From the NCBI GenBank assembly GCA_000270325.1, contig BA000048.1, forward strand, positions 1,315,494-1,339,493: a stretch of 24,000 bases of DNA, given 5' to 3'. Made by a program: the position numbers and the translations under genes. How positions within the stretch are numbered: position 1 is the first letter of the stretch; each line of letters starts with the position of its first letter. Source of the DNA: Candidatus Caldarchaeum subterraneum (lineage in GTDB: Archaea; Thermoproteota; Nitrososphaeria_A; Caldarchaeales; Caldarchaeaceae). Shown here piece by piece: positions 6,792 through 13,280 of this stretch. The notes under the pieces were generated by a model. That model did not search any database, had not been told where the DNA came from, and was given only the letters and a program-made list of their open reading frames with translations.

Positions 6792-7892
6792 TCACCCCGC
6801 CGACAAGACGACAACAGAGCCGCCGTCAACAACCTCGCCGTCGACAGACGCGACCAAGCACCCGCTCCACCTACCCATCCTCAGCAGCTTAACCGCCTGC
6901 ACAACTCTCTGCAGCCCCGCGGCATTAAGCGGATAACCCATCCCGATACAGCCACCCGACGGGTTAACAGGCAACGCTCCATCAAACATGAAATCACCAC
7001 CGCGAACACCTTTCAAAACATCTCCGTCGTAGACACCCAGCTCATCCAACACCATCAACTCCGTGGAAGCGAAAGACTCCGAAACCTCCACAAACTCCAC
7101 AACCCTCCTCAGGGAACCCGGTAACGCTTTTGAGACAGCTGGCCTCACCCAGGCAAACTTCCCGAAAACCCTCTCCGACAAATCGGAAGAATGAGAACCA
7201 TGGGCAAACCCGACACCCTTCACCACAGCCTTCGCAGAACGATTGTCAGATGACAAAAGCACAACAGAGGCATAGTCACAGAGGCGAGCCACATGGCTTC
7301 TCCTCAAAGGCTCTGAAACAAACTCCTCGGACTCGATTTTCTCTATGTCGGTGTCTGCTCCGTATGCTGCGGCTGAATTTCGCAGCGCGTTGCGGATGTT
7401 CTTCGCGGCGACGATGGACAGGTCGCGTGGCTCACCATTCCGGCGTGAAAGGAAGGCCTGTGCATCGAGGGCAGCTATCGAGAAGTGATGAATCAGCAGG
7501 GGGCGGATAAGGTGTGGGTCCCAGGTGTTCAGCAGTATTTCGCCGTAGTTGAGTATGTTTGAGGATTTGGCGTAGGCTGTTACTAGAACGTTTTTGAACC
7601 AGCCTGTTTTGATGAGCATGTATGCGTGGATGAATGCGTTGAGCGAGTCGTTTGAGACAAGAGTGTTGAACTTAAGCCTTCCACCAACTTGGTCAGGTGT
7701 GTAGGAGTCGGTGATGCTTATGCCCTCAAAGAAGTCTAGGCCGCTAGCCACAACCGCATCTATCTCGGAGACCTCTGACTCCGAGTCTTCGAGACAGTTT
7801 TTGAAAGCTTTGAAGAGCATTTCGCGGAAATCTTGTGTATAGGATGGTTTGCAGGGGATTTCGCCGACACCTGCTACATAGACCTCGGTCAA
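6792..7892 (-). CDS. Thiolase-fold protein A, highly divergent and lacking canonical catalytic Cys/His
   Basis: 366 aa. Thiolase-like blocks: MTEVYVAGVGEIP, NPSGGCIGMGYPLNAAGLQRV. The nucleophile region reads NTLVSNDSLNAF with no Cys between residues ~35 and ~200. GHP is replaced by GYP. The SDGAAA block is replaced by CDYASV. Confidence 0.7.
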   Translation of the reverse strand: MTEVYVAGVGEIPCKPSYTQDFREMLFKAFKNCLEDSESEVSEIDAVVASGLDFFEGISITDSYTPDQVGGRLKFNTLVSNDSLNAFIHAYMLIKTGWFKNVLVTAYAKSSNILNYGEILLNTWDPHLIRPLLIHHFSIAALDAQAFLSRRNGEPRDLSIVAAKNIRNALRNSAAAYGADTDIEKIESEEFVSEPLRRSHVARLCDYASVVLLSSDNRSAKAVVKGVGFAHGSHSSDLSERVFGKFAWVRPAVSKALPGSLRRVVEFVEVSESFASTELMVLDELGVYDGDVLKGVRGGDFMFDGALPVNPSGGCIGMGYPLNAAGLQRVVQAVKLLRMGRWSGCLVASVDGEVVDGGSVVVLSAG

Positions 7893-7902
7893 GAATTCAC
7901 CT

Positions 7903-9045
7903 CTAGTATGATTTGGGGAGGCCGAGGACGTGGGTGCCGATGTATGAGAGTATCAGCTCGTTGGCGACGGGGGCTGTGAGAAAGAGCCTGATAACGGGGT
8001 AGAAGGTGATGATGTCTGTGCCAAGGTCGTAGGCGCTTCCGCCGAAGGTCTGCATGGCGGCCTCAAAAGCCTCCAACCCAGCCTCAGACGCGACAAGCTT
8101 CGCCATGTTAGCCTCAGCTCCACAGGGCTTGCCAGCGTCAAAAAGACTCGCCGCCTCATAGTTCAGCACACGCGCCGCCTCGAGCCTAGCCTTTGCCCTC
8201 GCCATCCTAAACTGCAGCCCCTGATAACTTCCCACGGGATGCCCGAAGACAACCCTCTGACGCCCATACTCCGCGGCCCGTCGCAGAACATGGTCCCCCA
8301 ACCCGATGCTACACGCCGCGATAAGCATACGCTCAACGTTCAACCCGTCGAACAAAACATCCACCCCACGGTCCAGCCTACCAACCAGATTCTCCTCACC
8401 CAATTCGACCATGTCAAAATACACCGTGTACTGTGTCTCGGGAGAGTAGAGCTCGATGTTGAGCGGCTCAAACATAACTCCGCTTGTCCGTGTCTCGAGC
8501 GCGAACACAGAAATCCCGTCTCTCTTATCCGAAACTTTTTGGAGAGGCTTTGTCCGCGCCACGACGACCAGATAATCCGACTCCCGTGCCCCGGTGATGA
8601 ATGTTTTCTGACCGTTCAAAACAAACCCGCCATTCCTTCTCTCGGCGAAGGTCTTTATCCGCCAGGTCTCGGAGCCAGCCTCAGCCTCAGTCAAAGCGAA
8701 GCTAATTTTTTTACCATGCTTGACAGTTGGGTCCACGAATCTTTCAAACTGCATCCGCGTGCCATGCCTCGCAATCATGACCCGCGAGAAATGGGTTGTG
8801 AGAAAATGTAGCAGCGGAATACCAGCTCTCGCCAACCCCTCCTGAACAAGGATGGCGTCGAGGGTGCCCGACCCCTCTACCACACCGGCCCCCGTCAACC
8901 CAGATTTCTGAAGCTCCTCCCAAAGAGGAACCGGCTCCCTTCTCTCACGACCATAAGCAAGCCAATTCCGTCTACCAAACCTCTCACCAACCTTCTCAGC
9001 AGTCTGGAGAACCAAAACCTGCTCATCGGAAAGCACGTTATTCAT
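7903..9045 (-). CDS. Acyl-CoA dehydrogenase family flavoprotein
   Basis: 380 aa with ACAD-typical layout: N-terminal LSDEQVLVLQTAEKV, FALTEAEAGSE, central beta domain, GLNVERMLIAACSIGLG, QRVVFGHPVGSYQGLQFRMA and FGGSAY. It is the first gene of the operon, 10 nt upstream of thiolase-like A. Confidence 0.85.
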   Translation of the reverse strand: MNNVLSDEQVLVLQTAEKVGERFGRRNWLAYGRERREPVPLWEELQKSGLTGAGVVEGSGTLDAILVQEGLARAGIPLLHFLTTHFSRVMIARHGTRMQFERFVDPTVKHGKKISFALTEAEAGSETWRIKTFAERRNGGFVLNGQKTFITGARESDYLVVVARTKPLQKVSDKRDGISVFALETRTSGVMFEPLNIELYSPETQYTVYFDMVELGEENLVGRLDRGVDVLFDGLNVERMLIAACSIGLGDHVLRRAAEYGRQRVVFGHPVGSYQGLQFRMARAKARLEAARVLNYEAASLFDAGKPCGAEANMAKLVASEAGLEAFEAAMQTFGGSAYDLGTDIITFYPVIRLFLTAPVANELILSYIGTHVLGLPKSY

Positions 9046-9102
9046 AGATTCTTTAGAATAATTAAGGTTTCCCGAACATCTCTAAAAAACAAAGCTTTAA
9101 AC

Positions 9103-9735
9103 ATGGTCGACGGCAACGTTTCGATAATGCTGATGCCTGGGAAGAAAATCGTTGTCTTAGGCATTCTAATACTTTTGATAATTCCAGTTTCGTTACTGGC
9201 GGTAAACCTGCCCCAAATTTTCACGAAGAAGCCGCCCAAGGATTTTTGGACAAACCCCATCGCTAAGCTGAAGGGGGGAAACCCGTACGCACTCTCGCTA
9301 GCCCTTTCCGGCACTGGGCTTATGGTTGTGGCCCAGTTCTACAGTGTTGTGAAGAGGGCTGGAAGGTTGTGGATGAAAAGGCTCGGTGGACCAAGAGCTT
9401 GGCTCATAATCCACGAAATTCTCGACGTTGTGGGTCCTATCCTAATATTGGTTCACGCCGGACTCAGCAAACCCAATTTCATCAATCTTTCTTGGTTAGC
9501 CAAAAGCCTTCAAAACAGTGTCGCCGGAATACCAGCGATGTTGGCACCGTTCCTTATAGCGAGCGGCCTTTTCGGGCGTCACCTTTACCGAAGGCTACCT
9601 GTCATGCAGAGGCAGTTCAGGCACTGGAGGACAGTCCACATAGCGTTGACGGCCATTTTCTATGTCGCAGGCTTAACCCACGTTCTTGTTAACACAAAAG
9701 TGTTCCAAACATTATTGAGTCTCCCAAAAGATTAA
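9103..9735 (+). CDS. Integral membrane protein, putative bis-His di-haem b-type cytochrome (ferric-reductase-domain / cytochrome-b-like)
   Basis: 210 aa with ~5 predicted TM helices. Two helices each carry an H-x13-H pair: HEILDVVGPILILVH and HIALTAIFYVAGLTH. It is transcribed divergently from the ACAD operon across a 57-nt spacer. Confidence 0.55.
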   Translation: MVDGNVSIMLMPGKKIVVLGILILLIIPVSLLAVNLPQIFTKKPPKDFWTNPIAKLKGGNPYALSLALSGTGLMVVAQFYSVVKRAGRLWMKRLGGPRAWLIIHEILDVVGPILILVHAGLSKPNFINLSWLAKSLQNSVAGIPAMLAPFLIASGLFGRHLYRRLPVMQRQFRHWRTVHIALTAIFYVAGLTHVLVNTKVFQTLLSLPKD

Positions 9736-9818
9736 ACTATTATCTACATCTCCATCAACCGGTCCCTCCCAGTAATGACTGAGATTAACGGGTTGTGAGG
9801 TGTAACATACCTAACTTA

Positions 9819-11807
9819 TCAGCCGCTACGCAGAATTTCCGCAGCTTTTTCGAAGAAGTCAAGTGACTCGGGGTTTCGGATGGATTCTCTGTTGGTGACT
9901 CTTCTTCCGTTGATGATGTTTGAAACGGCTATCTCGACTTTTTTCATGTTGTATGTGTAGGGGATGTCGGGTGCCTCCATGATGATGGCTGGGACGTGGC
10001 GTGGCGAAGCTCTCTCGCGGAGAGCCTGTTTGATTCGGTTCTTCAGCTCCTCGGTCAACACATAGCCCTCAGCCATTTTGACGAAGAGTATGATGCGTTG
10101 GTCGCCTCTCCACTCCTGTCCAACAGCCAAGCTGTCCGCAACCTCTCTAAAACTCTCGACGATAGAGTATATCTCAGCCGTCCCTATTCTGACTCCGGAT
10201 GGCTTGAGGACAGCATCAGACCTGCCGAGAAAAGTTATGCCGCCTGTGTCGCTGTGAAAGATGACGTAGTCGCCGTGTCTCCAGACACGCTTATGAGTGT
10301 AGTAGCGGAAGTATGCGTCAAGATATTTCTCGTCACCGGGGTCGTTGAGAAAATAGAGAGGCATGGGTGGAGCGGGTGCTTCGCAGACAAGCTCACCCTC
10401 CCTGTCAAAAACAGGCTCACCCCTCTCATCATAACACATTATCTTCATCCCCAGCGAGGGGGACTGAATCTGTCCAGCGTAGACAGGCAGTATAGGCGAG
10501 CCGTTTGCAAAAGTGCCGTTGATGTCTGTGCCGCCTGAAATGGAGTTAAAGTGCAAATCTCTCTTTACCTCATCATATATCCATTTGAAGCCCTCGGCGG
10601 AAAGCGGTGAACCTGTCTGGCTTATCTCCCGCAAACTCTCAAGACCAAACTCGCTGCGAGGAGAGGCCCCCATCCCTCTTAGAAGGTTGATGTAGCTCGC
10701 GCTACATCCAAAGATAGATATACCGTATTCGTCGATGAGGCGCCACATTCTTCTCCAGTCGGGATAGTTGGGGTCTCCGTCGTAGAGAAGCACCGTTCCT
10801 CCCGCGGCGAGGGAGGAGACCAGCCAGTTCCACATCATCCAGCTAGGCGTCGTAATGTAGGTAATCACCTCTCCCCGTTTTAGGTCACTATGAATAACCA
10901 CATCCTTGAGCTGGTTGACCAAGACCCCTGCCGCGGGCTGGACCATGCACTTAGGCTTCCCCGTTGTCCCCGATGAAAACATGATGTAGAGAGGGGTATC
11001 TGAAGGAACTTGGGCAAAATCTATCGCTCCACCCTCGCGAGCCTTAAAGTCGGGATATAGCACGGCCTCTGCCAAGCCATCTATTCGCGGGCTTTCAGAG
11101 AGATAGGGAATGACAACAACCTTCTGAATGGATTTAACCCGTTCAACAACCTGACTCACTCTCTCCAACACATCAAACGCCTTCCCCCTGTAAAGATATC
11201 CGTCAACCGTGAACAACACCTTCGGCTCGATTTGCCCAATCCTGTCGACGACGGCGTCAACGCCTAGCTCCGTCCCGACAGAAGACCACGAAGCACCGAG
11301 CGATGTAGCCCCAAGCATCGCAATCACGGTCTCCGGTATGTTGGGCAAGTATCCAGCCACCCTGTCTCCCGCTGCGACACCGGATTCACTTAACCCTCTC
11401 GCAACGGCTGCGACCTCGTTGTAGAACTCGAGAAACCTCATCGCATTCGTCTCACCATCCTCACGCACACCTATCAACGCGGCTTCGTGGCCTCTGTGCC
11501 TGAGAAGGTTCTCGGCAAAGTTCAGCCGCGCCCCCACGTACCAGCGTGCACCTGGAAATTTAGACAAGTCATCCACAACAGTCTCAAACCGCTTGGAGCA
11601 TTTTATCCCGAAAAAATCCCAAACATGCATCCAGAACCTCGGTATATTGGTTACAGACCATCGATACAGCTTAAAGTAGCTCCCCTTTTCGAAAACATCG
11701 AGACCCAGACCCTCATGGTCGTCGACAAACTTTATGAAAGAGTTCATGTTGGATTTGGCTACGACATCGGTTGAAGGCTCCCAGAGACGCATCCAATCAC
11801 AGGTCAT
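9819..11807 (-). CDS. Acetoacetyl-CoA synthetase-like AMP-forming acyl-CoA ligase
   Basis: ~660 aa. The N-terminus LWEPSTDVVAKSNMNSFIKFV is typical of acetoacetate-CoA ligases. AMP-binding motifs are present: MFSSGTTGKPKC, YGISIFGCSA, GGTDI, WRHGDY. The track start at 11819 is TTG. ATG 11807 or ATG 11792 (MRLWEPS) is more likely, given an AATTTTATT TATA-like box at ~11820-11830. Confidence 0.8.
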   Translation of the reverse strand: MTCDWMRLWEPSTDVVAKSNMNSFIKFVDDHEGLGLDVFEKGSYFKLYRWSVTNIPRFWMHVWDFFGIKCSKRFETVVDDLSKFPGARWYVGARLNFAENLLRHRGHEAALIGVREDGETNAMRFLEFYNEVAAVARGLSESGVAAGDRVAGYLPNIPETVIAMLGATSLGASWSSVGTELGVDAVVDRIGQIEPKVLFTVDGYLYRGKAFDVLERVSQVVERVKSIQKVVVIPYLSESPRIDGLAEAVLYPDFKAREGGAIDFAQVPSDTPLYIMFSSGTTGKPKCMVQPAAGVLVNQLKDVVIHSDLKRGEVITYITTPSWMMWNWLVSSLAAGGTVLLYDGDPNYPDWRRMWRLIDEYGISIFGCSASYINLLRGMGASPRSEFGLESLREISQTGSPLSAEGFKWIYDEVKRDLHFNSISGGTDINGTFANGSPILPVYAGQIQSPSLGMKIMCYDERGEPVFDREGELVCEAPAPPMPLYFLNDPGDEKYLDAYFRYYTHKRVWRHGDYVIFHSDTGGITFLGRSDAVLKPSGVRIGTAEIYSIVESFREVADSLAVGQEWRGDQRIILFVKMAEGYVLTEELKNRIKQALRERASPRHVPAIIMEAPDIPYTYNMKKVEIAVSNIINGRRVTNRESIRNPESLDFFEKAAEILRSG

Positions 11808-11834
11808 GCATGGCGGCAATAAAATTTTTTGGAG

Positions 11835-11909
11835 CGGGCCCGGTGGGACTTGAACCCACGACCTCCGGCTCCGCAGGCCGACGCCCTATCCATTCTAGGC
11901 CACGGGCCC
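11835..11909 (-). tRNA. tRNA-Arg (anticodon GCG)
   Basis: Reverse complement: GGGCCCGTGGCCTAGAATGGATAGGGCGTCGGCCTGCGGAGCCGGAGGTCGTGGGTTCAAGTCCCACCGGGCCCG. It folds as a cloverleaf with a 7-bp acceptor, D arm GCCT/GGGC, anticodon stem TCGGC/GCCGG with loop CUGCGGA, and T arm GTGGG-TTCAAGT-CCCAC. CCA is not encoded. Confidence 0.9.
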
Positions 11910-11934
11910 TTCGCCGCCATTTTATACATCGCTT

Positions 11935-11942
11935 CTTATATA
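11935..11942 (-). promoter_or_regulatory. Candidate TATA box for tRNA-Arg(GCG)
   Basis: The minus strand reads GGAAGTATATAAGAAG. The TATATAAG box is centred ~30 nt upstream of the tRNA 5' end. Confidence 0.4.
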
Positions 11943-12008
11943 CTTCCTGAATGAAGATACGCGGTTGTGTATATTTGCAAACATAATGTTTTATCTATCC
12001 GTGTGGTG

Positions 12009-12578
12009 ATGATTGACGTGATGGCGCGGGAGGTTGTTAAGGGAAAGTGGGCGACGAGGTTCATAGTGGCGGCATATGTTCAGGGAGCTTTGGCTGTGGG
12101 TAACACCTTGTTCTGGGTGATTGGGCAGCTGGGGTTCATGAAGCCTGAGTTCAGCAGGGTGATAGCTTTCGGCAGCGCTGGCACATGGTTCACGGTGGGC
12201 TACCTCAGCTACCTCATAGTCGGAGTCATCGGAGTCGCCGTCACCGCCCTCTTCTACCACTACATCGAAAACGTTCTCGGCAAACCCTACAAAGGCCTCG
12301 CCAACGGCCTAGCATGGCTACACCTCATTCTAATGAATGTCGGCGTCATAGGCGCTACTTGGCTGATGATGGTGAGTGGATACTTGGCAGGAGCGGCTAT
12401 GCTTCCACCAGAGGTAGGCGGACGTGGATGGAACGCTGGACAAGTCCATACAAACATCTTCTACGGCATTCCCCTGGGGTATCCGACGTGGATAGCGTTG
12501 TTCATTTTCCTACTGGCTATCGGAGTCGCTTGCGGAGGCCTCGGCTACATACTGATGTGGCGACAAAGAGCAGAGTAG
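12009..12578 (+). CDS. Hypothetical integral membrane protein (4-5 TM)
   Basis: The ORF is strongly hydrophobic (FIVAAYVQGALAVGNTLFWVIG, YLIVGVIGVAVTALFY, LAWLHLILMNVGVIGATWLMMVSGYLAG, WIALFIFLLAIGVACGGLGYILMW) and I recognise no family. The start is uncertain: GTG 11967, ATG 12009 or ATG 12021. Confidence 0.55.
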   Translation: MIDVMAREVVKGKWATRFIVAAYVQGALAVGNTLFWVIGQLGFMKPEFSRVIAFGSAGTWFTVGYLSYLIVGVIGVAVTALFYHYIENVLGKPYKGLANGLAWLHLILMNVGVIGATWLMMVSGYLAGAAMLPPEVGGRGWNAGQVHTNIFYGIPLGYPTWIALFIFLLAIGVACGGLGYILMWRQRAE

Positions 12579-12667
12579 GCCATCTCACGTTAATACCCGT
12601 AGATACATCCCCCATTTTTTTGATGCAGCATTTTTATCCCAGGAGCCGTGATTCATCGTCATCGGAG

Positions 12668-13246
12668 ATGTTTCGGTTGTTCAGGAAGAAGGAGCCGCCT
12701 AAGCCGCCTTTCGACCAGAGGCTGTCAGAGATAGTTACACGGCTTATGACGATTCAGAACAGGATGGATTACAAGGCTCGAGCGATGCAGATGAGGGGTA
12801 GGGAGCTCTTCAACCAAATCGTCCGCGCTAAGATGGAGAAGGACGAGGAGCGTGCAGCTGTTTACGCCAACGAGCTCGCGCAGCTACGTAAAATGATGCA
12901 TGCAACGGTTAGGAGCCAGGCCTCGCTCGAAGGGGTTGTTCTAAGGCTCGAGGCTGTCCGAGACTATAATGAGGTGAGGAAGGTCATCGGGCCCGTCGCA
13001 GCGGTTGTCATGGCTGTTCAGAAAGATGTCGGCGGGGTGATGCCCGAGATCTCCAGCGGGCTAAGAGGTGTTCAAGACCTTCTCGAAGACCTGTCAGTCA
13101 GCGTCGGCACCGTCTCAGACACCTACATCGGAGCATCAACGGCAGATCCGGAGGCCGAGGCGATTCTGCGAGAGGCTTCGGAGGTCGCAGCTCAGCGGCT
13201 GAAGAAAGACATGCCCGACATAGAGTCGGGACACTTCATAACATAA
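12668..13246 (+). CDS. ESCRT-III / Snf7-family (CdvB-like) protein
   Basis: 192 aa from internal ATG 12668. Features: a basic N-terminus MFRLFRKKEPPKPP; long helical-hairpin-like heptad segments with the CdvB/ESCRT-III-typical ...ERAAVYANELAQLRKM...; and an acidic C-terminal region ending in a short amphipathic EVAAQRLKKDM. The upstream 161 codons of track ORF 12185..13246 overlap the membrane-protein gene in another frame and were rejected. A TTTTTATC box at 12631-12638 fits a near-leaderless start. Confidence 0.7.
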   Translation: MFRLFRKKEPPKPPFDQRLSEIVTRLMTIQNRMDYKARAMQMRGRELFNQIVRAKMEKDEERAAVYANELAQLRKMMHATVRSQASLEGVVLRLEAVRDYNEVRKVIGPVAAVVMAVQKDVGGVMPEISSGLRGVQDLLEDLSVSVGTVSDTYIGASTADPEAEAILREASEVAAQRLKKDMPDIESGHFIT

Positions 13247-13254
13247 AATAAATT

Positions 13255-13272
13255 AAAGGCCTCGGGGCTTTT
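13255..13272 (+). terminator. Hairpin plus T-run after the ESCRT-III gene
   Basis: AAAGGCC-TCGG-GGCTTTT forms a 7-bp stem (one G-U pair) with a UCGG loop and ends in a T tract, 9 nt after the stop codon. Confidence 0.35.
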
Positions 13273-13280
13273 CACAGAGG

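Noticed and set aside
5671-8811. Long alternative-frame or antisense ORFs within the operon (5671..6066, 6401..6769, 7130..7510, 8239..8811).
   Set aside because: They sit inside genes with clear family motifs. Their translations are low-complexity (R/P/S/Q-rich) and have no domain signatures.
12185-12667. First 161 codons of track ORF 12185..13246, an Arg/Pro/His-rich translation.
   Set aside because: It overlaps the hydrophobic membrane-protein ORF in another frame. The ESCRT-III-like sequence begins only at ATG 12668, downstream of a T-run and a TATA-like box.
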